A stretch of DNA of 64,000 nt. It comes from Methanomassiliicoccaceae archaeon (GTDB lineage: Archaea > Thermoplasmatota > Thermoplasmata > Methanomassiliicoccales > UBA472). How positions within the stretch are numbered: position 1 is the stretch's first letter; the number at the start of each line of letters is the position of its first letter. Position numbers and translations under genes: made by a program. The notes beneath the pieces are model-generated. The model was not told the origin of the DNA. It made no database searches and saw only the letters and a list, made by a program, of their open reading frames with translations. The DNA lies in the NCBI GenBank assembly GCA_963751645.1, contig CAVVVD010000007.1, positions 12,330-76,329 on the forward strand, in the 5' to 3' direction. Of the stretch, positions 1 to 10,773 are shown piece after piece.

Positions 1-44
1 CGCGGACCTCGGAATCTTCCACCGACTCCTCGAGCGTCAAGATC

Positions 45-950
<906 letters not shown>

Positions 951-965
951 CAGGACCACGGAAGA

Positions 966-1466
966 TCATAATTCTTTTACACGTTCTAGGCGGTGTCCGC
1001 GATAATCAAGTCTGACTGACCGCTTCACTAGGCTCTTCAGCATGGTCGAGGTGAGTCCGAGGCTCTCCGCCACGTCGCCGGCGAACTTGCCGTCCTTGCC
1101 TACCTGCTCCAATATCCTCCCCTCGATATCATCGAAGTCCCCCTCGGGCATCATGGCCACCGACAGCACGTCGCTGATCTCGTAGACAGGCCAGGAGGCG
1201 TTGATGTGGAAGGAGTTGTAATAGGTATGGTAGGCCTTGACGGGCCGGTTGTCGGCTGATGGCTGCCAGCGGGTCTCCACCAGCTTCATCTTCTCGAAGA
1301 ACTTCAAGGCCTCACGGCCCTCTGGCCCGTACTTGTCCTCGATCTCCTTCAGGGTCTTCCATTCAACGGTGACCTCCTTGAGGACGTCCCTTTTTACGGG
1401 CGTATCAACGGCCCTGAGCATAGGAACTAACTCAGACGGCTCGTTGATCACTTTTATCTTGTTCAT
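966..1466 (-). CDS. hypothetical protein, possible winged-helix (ArsR/TrmB-like) DNA-binding protein
   Basis: 166-aa ORF with good coding appearance. The C-terminal 'AGDVAESLGLTSTMLKSLVKR' resembles an HTH. No firm family recognition. Confidence 0.35.
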   Translation of the reverse strand: MNKIKVINEPSELVPMLRAVDTPVKRDVLKEVTVEWKTLKEIEDKYGPEGREALKFFEKMKLVETRWQPSADNRPVKAYHTYYNSFHINASWPVYEISDVLSVAMMPEGDFDDIEGRILEQVGKDGKFAGDVAESLGLTSTMLKSLVKRSVRLDYRGHRLERVKEL

Positions 1467-1487
1467 TATCTTAGTTAATTGGTATTT

Positions 1488-1504
1488 TGAATATAAATAA
1501 ATAA
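1488..1504 (-). promoter_or_regulatory. TATA-box-like element for the 966..1466 gene
   Basis: The minus-strand 'TTATTTATTTATATTC' lies about 25-35 nt upstream of the ATG at 1466, which implies a leaderless or short-leader transcript. Confidence 0.35.
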
Positions 1505-1648
1505 GTTATTACCAATGCGCTGGTTAAAAACTTTCATCCAGGGGTCATCTGGATGCTGTTTTTCAATATTGATGTTCTAAATTGTCGATCGAAATCTCGG
1601 AGACTGACATCCACTAAAGTTAAATTCCTGTTCCTTGTTCCGGATGCG

Positions 1649-1792
1649 ATGAAGATCGCCTATCAATGCTTGACGTGCGGCAAGAAATACGACACTCAGG
1701 ACAAGGCGGAGAAGTGCCACGATAGCCCTATTCAGGCCTTCGAGCAGGGCGTCACCAGGTTCAGCAAGCGCAAGGGCCTCATCGGCAACTGA
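1649..1792 (+). CDS. small zinc-ribbon-like protein (hypothetical)
   Basis: ATG at 1649 inside ORF 1553..1792. 47 aa, 'MKIAYQCLTCGKKYDTQDKAEKCHDSP', with a CxxC...CH ligand pattern. Confidence 0.4.
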   Translation: MKIAYQCLTCGKKYDTQDKAEKCHDSPIQAFEQGVTRFSKRKGLIGN

Positions 1793-1843
1793 CCCATACT
1801 TAATATCGTTTATTTTTCGAGAGTCCCTCCACAGGGATACCTC

Positions 1844-2440
1844 TCAGAACATACCAACCAAAGTGAACCATGCCGCGATGGTCACGCAGGGCAGGACCAT
1901 CATGGTGAGGTCGTCATCCAGGCGCCACAACCTGAACCCCTCGATGAATATGGCGATGAGCGTGGCGACGATGGCCGCGAATAACACGGCCGGTGTGAGG
2001 CCCATGAAGATGGTCAGAATGATAAGCACTATGCTGAAGTATATGGTCAGGGGGAGGACCGGGTACATGGTGCTTCCGCTCCGGCGCAGTTCGCCGATGA
2101 TGGGGTCCACCCAGGCCATGCCGCACAAGGCAGGCGCGGTGTACTCGATGGGGAAGGCGAGGAAGCACATGAACATCCCAGTGAGCGCCCAGGTGGCGGC
2201 GCTGACACGACGATACTCGTAGTCGCGCAATCCTGCGATCTTGAGCTGGTCCTGAGGGCGCAGCATGCGGAAGAGCTCGTACGACCAGAAGATCAATAGA
2301 AGCCCGATGAGGGCGGTGCTCTTCTCCGGGCCCCATGACCAGAGCTTCTCCGGCAACCAATAGTAGATGAGGAAGACCGGTGCGCTCATGTGCACTATCC
2401 GTCTCAACCAATGGTCACTGATCATCCGGAAGTGGAACAC
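1844..2440 (-). CDS. polytopic membrane protein (possibly polyprenol/dolichol-kinase-like)
   Basis: 198-aa ORF with about 6 hydrophobic segments. The 'WVDPIIGELRR' loop is weakly reminiscent of the CTP-dependent polyprenol kinase family. Confidence 0.4.
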   Translation of the reverse strand: MFHFRMISDHWLRRIVHMSAPVFLIYYWLPEKLWSWGPEKSTALIGLLLIFWSYELFRMLRPQDQLKIAGLRDYEYRRVSAATWALTGMFMCFLAFPIEYTAPALCGMAWVDPIIGELRRSGSTMYPVLPLTIYFSIVLIILTIFMGLTPAVLFAAIVATLIAIFIEGFRLWRLDDDLTMMVLPCVTIAAWFTLVGMF

Positions 2441-2463
2441 AGCTCGCCGATTTTAGCCTTTGT

Positions 2464-3926
2464 CTAGGTGAAACTGTAACCGGACCACTTCCGGTTGATC
2501 CCATCGTAGAAGACCTTGGAGACGCCCAGGAGCAGGAAGCACATGATGGCGATGCCTGCCAACGCGATCAATGGCGTGGAGGACAGGCTGAACGAGAGTA
2601 TCGTAATGCCTAGGTCGGGGAGGACCGCGGCCATGGCGAACTTGCCCATGACCCCAGGGTCGAACAGGAAGGAGCTGGTCCTCAGCCCGGTAAGGTAGGC
2701 CGTCGCCACCACCATGTACACGGTGGTGATGTAGAGGACCGGAAGGGCCACCCAGAGAAGCTCCGTCTCCCCCTGGGCCATGGCTATGCCGATGACGAAG
2801 GCGGTGGAGACCAGGCTGGTGAGGATGAAGTAGGCCATCAGCTTGACCCTGATGATCATCGGTACGTCCACGGGAAGGGTCTCATAGTAATCGTTCAGGT
2901 CGGTGTTGGTGAGCCAGTTGTACATCAGCACGCCGAAGAACCCCACCATGCCCGCGTAGAAGACGGCGTTGAAGCCCACGGGTATGTCCAGGCCAGTGTT
3001 GATGTACCATGTGGACAGGCTGAGGAAGAGCAGCGGCGCGATGTACGCGAACAGCATCTTGCTCACCATGCCGGAGCGGACGACGTCCACCATCTCCTTG
3101 GCCAGCAGGGAATCGTAGTTCCGGAACAGGTGCAACCTGTCACGGAACCTGATGTACCTCTCCTCGTACCTGCTCCGTTTGGAGACGAACTCGTTCGGGA
3201 CCAGCAATAGGGCCACATAGGTGAAGAGCGCGAACCAGGCCAGACAGGCCAGGAGGTAGACGGCGCTCCCGGAGAGGTCTGTCCTGGAAGGGTGGAAAAT
3301 GCAACTGCATGCCCAGGCTGGGCACGGCGGTCCCCAGAGGGTAGAGGTCCAACATGCCCGCCCCGGCCAGGAAGGCCATCAGGCCCACCACCACAATGGC
3401 GAAGGCGGCCAGGCTCCGGGTGTAAAGGACGGATATGGCGAAGCTCAGGGATATGCCTAAGAGGAAGCTCATGAAGAGCGCCAGGAACATGAGCCCTACC
3501 GAGACCAGACTGTATGGCACGATGAGGGCGGCGATCAATAGGCCAAGGAACGCCGGGAGCAGGATGAGCACACTGTAGAACGCTATGTCCCTCAGATACA
3601 TGCCCAGGAAGGTGCGGCGGAAGGTGATGGGGATGAGGAATGGCATGGTCACGATGAAGTTTATCCTGCCATAGCGGCGCTCCACATAGGTCCGTCCCCA
3701 GGAAACCGAACGTGCCCACGCTGACACCGTAGAGGAATATCCCCAGCTGGGTCAGCGTGACCATGTCCACAAGGTCGATGGTATCGGAGAGCATCGAGAA
3801 GGTGGAGGCGAAGAAGGCGGTGATGAGGGTTATGAACAACGGCATGGTGAAGAACATCTGTCTGGACGAATAGGAGACGTGGAGGCGGTACTCCTCCTTC
3901 ATCATCAGCCTAAACAGTTCCAACAT
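2464..3926 (-). pseudogene. ABC-2-type transporter permease, split over three reading frames
   Basis: Three minus-strand ORFs (3063..3926, 3140..3727, 2464..3216) are each membrane-like over only part of their length. Joining them at about 3696-3699 (G4 run on the coding strand) and about 3290-3300 gives one continuous polytopic protein of about 485 aa. The ATG at 3926 overlaps the stop of the ATPase gene, as expected for an operon. Confidence 0.65.
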
Positions 3927-4638
3927 GGTCTCCCACCAGCCTGAGGAACACTGTCTCCAGGTCCTCCCCCCGCGCCAGCACCGCCTTGGCCTCGTCGCGC
4001 ATTACCACCTTGCCGCGGTCCAATATGATGAACTGGTCGCAGAGGCGCTGGGCCATGTCCAGGATGTGCGAGTTCAGGAAGACCGTCCTCCCTTCCCCCT
4101 TCAATCCGAGCAGATAGTCCCGCAACTTGCGCTGATAGATGGGGTCCAGGTTGATGAACGGCTCGTCAAGGAACAGGAGCTTGGGATCGTGTAGGAAGGC
4201 GGCGGAGAGCATGAGCTTCTGCCGCATCCCTTTGGATAGGTCGCGGCACAACGTCCCGGTGGCATCCTGCAGGTCAAAGAACTTCAGCCAATGGTCCACG
4301 CGCCGGTCAACGTCGTCCACCTTCCTGACATCGCCCACGAAATGCAGGAACTCCGCGGAGGTCAGGTACGAAGGGGGAGATTCCACCTCCGGGACGATGC
4401 CGATGGCCCGCTTGACCCCTAAAGGGTCCTTGGTGGGATCGATGCCGAGGACCCGGACCTGACCAGTGCTGGGCGAGGTCTGTCCAGTCATCACCTTGAG
4501 AAGAGTGCTCTTTCCCGCCCCGTTCGGTCCAAAGCATCCGAAGAAGGACCCCTCCTTAACCTCGAACGAAACATCATCGAGGGCAAGGAGGTCGCCATAA
4601 CGCTTTGAGACGCTTTGCACGGAAAGGGCTGACATCAT
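3910..4638 (-). CDS. ABC transporter ATP-binding protein
   Basis: Walker A 'GPNGAGKST', signature 'LSKGMRQKL', Walker B 'LLFLDEP'. The ATG at 4638 ('MMSALSVQSVSKRYG') is preferred over the TTG at 4695. Confidence 0.85.
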   Translation of the reverse strand: MMSALSVQSVSKRYGDLLALDDVSFEVKEGSFFGCFGPNGAGKSTLLKVMTGQTSPSTGQVRVLGIDPTKDPLGVKRAIGIVPEVESPPSYLTSAEFLHFVGDVRKVDDVDRRVDHWLKFFDLQDATGTLCRDLSKGMRQKLMLSAAFLHDPKLLFLDEPFINLDPIYQRKLRDYLLGLKGEGRTVFLNSHILDMAQRLCDQFIILDRGKVVMRDEAKAVLARGEDLETVFLRLVGDHVGTV

Positions 4639-4654
4639 TGTTCGATTCCTGACG

Positions 4655-4666
4655 TGAATATATAAG
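4655..4666 (-). promoter_or_regulatory. TATA-box-like element for the ABC operon
   Basis: Minus-strand 'CTTATATATT', about 20-25 nt upstream of the ATG at 4638 (leaderless geometry). Confidence 0.35.
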
Positions 4667-4780
4667 GGCTCGGAGCTGGTTCCCATTCCTGCCAATTGAG
4701 GTTGGTAGCTTTCAAATACGTTCGAGTGTTATCATGTGTCCACCCCAGTGATAGCACTTATCATGGTTGGAGGTCTATTT

Positions 4781-5119
4781 ATGAAAGGCAGGAGCGCCCT
4801 CACCAACAAGATCGACGCGGAGATACATCTGCTGGAAAGGCACGTCACCATGCTCAACACCATCGTCGCCCACGAGCCCATAGGCATCATTCGCCTGTCC
4901 GAGCTCCTGGGCATCCCCCAGCACAAGGTGCGCTATTCTCTGCGCATCCTGGAGCAGGAGGGGCTAATCCTCCCTTCGCCCGAGGGCGCCATCACCACCG
5001 ACAGGGTGCAAGGATTCTATCTCGAGCTCACCGAGATCCTGCAGAAGATGGACCAGACGGTGAATATCCTGCGTGACTCGCTGGAGGCGCAGAGTTCCAA
5101 GAGCGTTAAAGATAAATAA
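4781..5119 (+). CDS. winged-helix transcriptional regulator (hypothetical)
   Basis: ATG at 4781 within ORF 4736..5119. 'IGIIRLSELLGIPQHKVRYSLRILEQEGLI' is a clear HTH/wHTH segment. Confidence 0.45.
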   Translation: MKGRSALTNKIDAEIHLLERHVTMLNTIVAHEPIGIIRLSELLGIPQHKVRYSLRILEQEGLILPSPEGAITTDRVQGFYLELTEILQKMDQTVNILRDSLEAQSSKSVKDK

Positions 5120-5144
5120 GCGCGGTATGTTGTCGCAAACCTAA

Positions 5145-5217
5145 GCCGTCGTAGCTCAGTCGGTAGAGCGTGTGACTGTTAATCACAAGGTCAGCGGTTC
5201 GATCCCGCTCGACGGCG
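5145..5217 (+). tRNA. tRNA-Asn (anticodon GTT), genomically followed by CCA (5218-5220)
   Basis: Acceptor stem GCCGTCG/CGACGGC, D-arm 'TAGCTCAGTCGGTAGAGC', anticodon loop 'CTGTTAA', T-arm 'GCGGTTCGATCCCGC'. Confidence 0.9.
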
Positions 5218-5305
5218 CCACGACACTTCTCTATCATTTCTGCAAAATAGGCAAAGGTTAATCCCGTAATGTAAAATATTTCATCCCCATCACCTAGGGG
5301 AGACC

Positions 5306-8300
5306 ATGTTGACCGTCGATTCTGTGAGAGACCGGATCATCCCTGGCCGTTCGGCCAGGTTATTGTCCGGAATAGTTGTGTTGTTATTGATCACTTCGTC
5401 CCTGTTGTTCCTTCTTTCGGGGACAGTCAGTGCCGCATCCACCATCGAGGTGGACGATGATGCGGATTTGACTTGGTATAATGCCACCCATGTGAAAACC
5501 ATCACAGAGGCTGTCTTCATCGCCAACGCCGGTGACATGATCCTGGTGCATGCCGGAACCTACAACGGAGAGGTCGATGGTAGATGTCAGTGTCTCGATA
5601 TTAGGCGACGCCAGCGAACCAGGGGCCAAGATCGTCCAGGCATCCGGGTCTAATGTCATCAACGTCACCGCCAACGATGTCGTCATCACCGGCCTCACCG
5701 TCCGAAACGGAAATGCGGGCATCGCGATCACTGGTGCGGACGGTTGTCGCATCGAGGGTTGCAACCTGACCAACAACAAAGGGGCGTATCCATCACTGGT
5801 AGCATCCCCAACCTGCTGAGAACAATATCATACTCAACTGCAATATCAACGGCAACTCCATGTCGGAGACGTCATATAGTGTCCAGCCCTTCGGTCTGAG
5901 GCTGAGCCGGAACACGATCAGAAGACGTGGCTCCCCTTCAGAGATGGCGGTGTCTGTATTAACGGCGGTCAGAAGTGATCATGACCGACAATAACTCCGT
6001 GTCGGACAACTCGGACACCGGCATCAACCTATATTCCCTGAGCGGGGCTAGATTGGAGAACAACACAGTGTCCGGGAACGGTCAGGAAGGTGTACTCATA
6101 AAGAACTCACTGGACGTCGTCATGCGTGACAACGACATGACCGGAAACAAATATGATCTGAGTGTGGAAGGGCGGTATGATCATGACATCTCACAGAGCA
6201 ACACTGTGAGCGGTGGGAAGGTCTATTATTATTCGAACAAGAACAGCTTTGACAGTACCTTCAGATGCAGGATATGTCGGCCTTTACCAGTGTTCTGATA
6301 TAACGGTCGAGGACCTGACCATCTTCAACGTCGGCCAAGGGGTACTAGTGGCGGACAGCTTCGACATCCTCATCAGCCATGTGACGACCCAGGACTGTTT
6401 GGTCGGCATCGATATGTCAGGTAGCTACGGCAGCTCGGTGGAGCATTGCCTCATTGACCATTCCTATAACCATGGAATCAAGATATACCAGGTGAGCACA
6501 GGTTTCGGTGGCAATCATATAGAGAACACCACGGTGACGGGAACTTACAGCCCTGTGCTGGGAAGCAACATCTTCCTGTCCTCTTCCTCTAATAACGAGA
6601 TATTCGATTGCAATGTCAGCGGTAGTGTGGGGTCGGGGTGCATGTCACATATTCCAGCGGTTGCGCGGTGGTTCGCACCACCATATCAGGAAGCCAGCAA
6701 AGTGCCGGCATTCAGATGGACACATCACCTGATTGTATAGTGTCCAACAGCATCGTCGTCAACAACTTCAATGGTATCCAGATAATGGGGTCCACCGACG
6801 TGCTGGTAAGCGACAACCAGGTACAGGACAACGATATCGGGAGTGGCGATGGTGAGGGCATCAGCCTGGAGTCCTCCCAATCGAAGGTCCTGAACAACCT
6901 GGTCATCGGTAACAAGCGCGGGATCATCATCGAGTCTTCAAACGATTGCTATGTGGAGAACAACTCCGTTGCGAACCACGTCGAGTGGGGTGGGATCAGG
7001 ATAAGGTCATCCTCATCGGTGAATGTGATGAACAATGTACTTTCAAATAACGAATTCGGCATCGAGGTCAGCGGCTCTACAGCTGGTAGCCCCAACCTCA
7101 ACATGATCATTATGAACAATGACATGCAGGACAGCACCAAGGAGGGAATGTTCATCATCAATACGGTGACGAACGCCCAGATCCGTGGGAACACAATAAC
7201 CGATGTCGGTTTCAATTACAACTGCATATATATGGGACCGCAGACCGGCCAGAGCCTCATCTACGATAACAGCTTCATCGGTGAGAATAACGCCAAGGAC
7301 GCAGGATCGCAGAACCGCTGGAACATCACCAAGACCGCTGGAACGAACGTGCTGGGTGGGGCATGGCTCGCTGGGAATTATTATTCCAACAACACGGACG
7401 CCGTGGACATCGACTTGGACGGCATTTGTGATTCTAGCTACATGTTGGGCGGCTTTGGTAAGATCGACTATCTTCCCTTGTTCAAGATAGAACAACCATC
7501 CGCACCACGCAACCTCACCGTGAACGCGGGGGATGGCCAGGTGACCCTTAGTTGGGAGGCTCCAGAGTCTGATGGTGGCAGGCCGATCATCGGCTACGAG
7601 GTGTACCGTGGGACCACCCCTTCGAACATCGTCTTTTACATGTCCTTGGCGGAGATATTAGAGTTCACCGATACCAACGTCACGAACGGGAATGCCTATT
7701 TCTACCAGGTGGCGGCGTGTCAACACAGATAGGTTGGGGGATCGGTCCAGCATAGTACCAGCATTGCCATCGGTGGCACCCTCGGCCCCCACATTGGTCG
7801 CGATGGCCGGTAATGGCTATGTCAACCTGAGCTGGTGGCCTCCGGTCAATGGAGGGAGCCCGATAAACTCCTACTATGTCTATCGAGGCGGATCCTCCAT
7901 CGCGCTATTGGTCAAGGTGCCCAACACCCAGCTATACTACAACGACACCACGGTGACCAACCGGGTCACCTATACATACCAGGTATCGGCCAATAACAGC
8001 GCTGGAGAAGGGTTGAAGAGCGTACCGATCACTGCCATGCCAAACTGGCCGGCAAGCATGCCTGTCATCAACATCACGGCACCTTCGACGCAATTCCAGA
8101 AGGAGGACATGGTGGATGTCGAGTGGGAGATGAGCGACAGCGGCTCCGGCATAGACTATTGCGAGATCCGTTTGGACGGCATGGGTTGGATCAACCTTAG
8201 CCTGGCCCAGTCCTATACCTTCAACAATCTCGAGGAGGGGGCTCATATGGTGGAGGTCCGAGCGTGGAACCTGGCTGGCTTCAACAACACGGCCATGAAG

Positions 8301-8963
8301 ACATTCGTGGTCGACAGCTTGGCACCGGTGGTCATTTCGACCTATCCCAGCGGCACGGCGGCGCCGGTCACCCAGAACGTCACGATCGAGTTCAGCGAGA
8401 ACATGGCCAATGCGACAGCTACGATCGATGGGCAGAACATGACCGTCACCATCGTGGGTAACGAGGTCCGTGGCATGATCCCGTTCAGCATAGGCCTGGA
8501 CACCACCTACATGGTGATGGTGATGGGCTCGGACCTGGCCGGGAACCAGATGGACGCACCCTTCTTCTTCAATTACACGACCACCGACATGGTCAAGGTA
8601 ACGGGCAGGGTGATAGACTCGGACGGCAAGAACGTGGCGAACGCCCAGGTCAACATAGGTGGTTTTGTTACGACCTCCGACCCGCAGGGTAACTTTACCC
8701 TCTATGCGCCCCCAGGGACATACAACATCACCATCGAGGCGGACGGATTGGACACCTTCATCGGTCAGACGACGGTCCCTGCCAACGGTGGTGGCATAGG
8801 GACGTTCCTGACGGCAGGGTCGCAGGACAAGGAGGATGACACCAACTGGCTGATGCTGATCGGTGGCCTGGCCGGCCTGATCGCCGGGATCGTGCTCCTG
8901 ATCTTCGTCCTGCGCATGAGGAAGGGCACTAAGAAGGAGGATGAAAAACCACCCGTCCAGTAA
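5306..8963 (+). pseudogene. large cell-surface protein (signal peptide, PbH1/NosD-like beta-helix repeats, 2 FN3, Ig-like domains, CarboxypepD_reg-like domain, C-terminal TM anchor), disrupted by at least 8 frame changes
   Basis: Six overlapping + strand ORFs (5306..5653, 5550..5819, 5975..6298, 6213..6740, 6638..7732, 7692..8963), plus a frame-1 stretch at 5821-5935 and a frame-0 stretch at about 5913-5975, read through as one protein. It has an N-terminal signal ('LLLITSSLLFLLSGTVSAAS'), repeated 'N.I..N...GI.L' beta-helix units, two 'LSWE/WPP...Y.VYRG' FN3 modules and the C-terminal anchor 'WLMLIGGLAGLIAGIVLLIFVLRMRKG'. The architecture mirrors the intact gene at 51568..55719. Confidence 0.7.
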
Positions 8964-9015
8964 AAAAGGGGTTGCGGCCCCCTCATTCCCTATTTTTCCA
9001 ATTTCTACGCTTTGG

Positions 9016-9372
9016 TCAGGCCCTGATCATTATCAGCATCATCTTGAACGGCGTGATCGCTCTAAGCGCATGCGGTCGGTCCGCCGGCATGATGACCATC
9101 TCCCCCGCCATGGCCCGTATCGGATCACCATCGATGGTGATCTCCGCCTCGCCATCCAGAATGAGGACCGTGGCATCAAAGGGGGCCGTGTGCTCGCTCA
9201 ACCCCTCGCCCTCGTCGAAAGAGAACACCGTTATGGTCCCCGCCTTCTTGTCGAGTATGGTGCGGGACACCACTGCCCCAGGTTGATAGGAGATGAGCTC
9301 CTGAGCGCGCATCGCCCTTGCCTTGAGGTCCTCCTTCTCTGGAACATCCGTCTTGACCATTCCCTTATTCAT
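9016..9372 (-). CDS. cupin domain protein
   Basis: ATG at 9372. The 'GEGLSEHTAPFDATVLILDGEAEITIDG...MVIMPADRPHAL' pattern matches the cupin_2 barrel. Confidence 0.6.
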   Translation of the reverse strand: MNKGMVKTDVPEKEDLKARAMRAQELISYQPGAVVSRTILDKKAGTITVFSFDEGEGLSEHTAPFDATVLILDGEAEITIDGDPIRAMAGEMVIMPADRPHALRAITPFKMMLIMIRA

Positions 9373-9481
9373 GATATCCACATTGGTCAACAAGAATCAT
9401 TAAACGTTGTCCCGAACACAGGTGGACGGATACTATGATGCCGAGAATGCCTGTACTACGGCCTTGCCGCTGAGAACCTCA

Positions 9482-10228
9482 TCAATCCACAAGCCTGGCC
9501 ACCATCTCGTTCACGGACCCCAGGGCCTTGGCGCCCTTGGGGGTCAGCGAGTACATGCGGCTCCGGCGGTCCGAGGCGACGTAACCAGCATCGCGAAGCG
9601 CCTTCATGTGGAACTGCAGGTGACCTGTCCTCATCTCCAGCCCCTTACATATCTCGGTGAGGGTCCTCTGTCCCTCTGCCAGCATGTTCATTATCGTCAG
9701 ACGGTGTCCGTTGGCCAGAGGTCCCAGCGCCCTCTCGGCCACCTCCGGGCTGACCATGCTTTTCGTTGCGATGGTCGAGATTCCCCCTGGAGAGATAGAA
9801 TCGAACTTATCCAACAGGCCTGAGTAGAGGTGCAGCATCAGTCGCGCCCGTTTGATCGTCTCCGATGCGGACCGAGAGCAGCCCTCGTCCAAGCAGGGGG
9901 AGGAGTCACCACAGAGCAGATCGCTGGTCTCGTCCAGGATCCGGTGGGCGGTATCCAGGTCGTCGTGTTCCATCGCCCCAGTGACCGCGTCTATGAGGTG
10001 GCGCAGCTTGTCCATACATGCCGAGCGCAGAGAGCACGTGGAGACGATTTGCACACTGTCCAGGTCTGACCGCATGACCAGCCTGCCCTGCTCGCCCAAA
10101 GCCTCCCGCATCTCGTCCACGAAGACGCCCTTGAGGTCCTCGTAACGCATGGAGACGAAACGCTCGTTCATTGAGCCTAGGTCCCGGCGCAATGAGCGCA
10201 GCTCGTTGAGAATAACCTCATCGCTCAT
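9482..10228 (-). CDS. ArsR-family HTH regulator with a long N-terminal Cys-containing helical domain
   Basis: The C-terminal 'LANGHRLTIMNMLAEGQRTLTEICKGLEMRTGHLQFHMKALRDAGYV' is a canonical ArsR/SmtB wHTH. The N-terminal 150 aa or so are helical, with 'STCSLRSAC' and 'LLCGDSSPCLDEGC' cysteine clusters. Confidence 0.6.
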   Translation of the reverse strand: MSDEVILNELRSLRRDLGSMNERFVSMRYEDLKGVFVDEMREALGEQGRLVMRSDLDSVQIVSTCSLRSACMDKLRHLIDAVTGAMEHDDLDTAHRILDETSDLLCGDSSPCLDEGCSRSASETIKRARLMLHLYSGLLDKFDSISPGGISTIATKSMVSPEVAERALGPLANGHRLTIMNMLAEGQRTLTEICKGLEMRTGHLQFHMKALRDAGYVASDRRSRMYSLTPKGAKALGSVNEMVARLVD

Positions 10229-10299
10229 AGTTAGTATAGAAAAGTATACTCAAGCAATATTTATGTATTGTGAATAGTAGTAGGGGCCTCAGTGATCAC

Positions 10300-10707
10300 A
10301 TGGTAAAGCTACCTGACGAAGTGTTCAACGCCATAAATGCAAAGTCATCGAAGGTCCTGGCCACCGTGAACTCGGCCGGAAACCCCCACGTCATCCAGGT
10401 AGGGAGCATCATCGCCCCCAGCCCCGAGATGATCGCCTTCGGAGCCATCCTCATGAAGGAGACCAGCAAGAACCTGGAGTCCATGAAGAAGAAGAATCAG
10501 GAGGTCGCTATCCTGGTGACCGTGGAGATGAAGTCCTACCTGGTCATGGCCAGGATAAAGGAGCATTACACCTCTGGGCCGCTCGTCGACAAGATGAACG
10601 AGGAGCTAAAGAAGATGGGGCTGAAGGCCAATGTGGTCTGGACCGTCGAGCCAGCTGAGGTCTACAACCAGAGCGCCTCCTACGAGGCCGGTAGTAAGAT
10701 GGTCTGA
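10300..10707 (+). CDS. pyridoxamine 5'-phosphate oxidase-like FMN-binding split-barrel protein
   Basis: ATG at 10300. 'VLATVNSAGNPHVIQVGS' and an overall size of about 135 aa are typical of PNPOx-like proteins. Confidence 0.5.
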   Translation: MVKLPDEVFNAINAKSSKVLATVNSAGNPHVIQVGSIIAPSPEMIAFGAILMKETSKNLESMKKKNQEVAILVTVEMKSYLVMARIKEHYTSGPLVDKMNEELKKMGLKANVVWTVEPAEVYNQSASYEAGSKMV

Positions 10708-10719
10708 ACAATGAACTCC

Positions 10720-10745
10720 GGGGCGAGGGCCCCATCCCTTTTTTT
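10720..10745 (+). terminator. GC hairpin plus T7 tract between convergent genes
   Basis: GGGGC-gagg-GCCCC (10720-10733) followed by TTTTTTT (10739-10745), 13 nt after the stop at 10707. Confidence 0.45.
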
Positions 10746-10773
10746 ATCCTCACTTATTAACGGTCATCGACGC

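Noticed and set aside
8941-9438. + strand ORFs (165 and 104 aa) after the surface-protein gene
   Set aside because: They overlap and are antisense to the cupin gene (9016..9372), which has clear family motifs.
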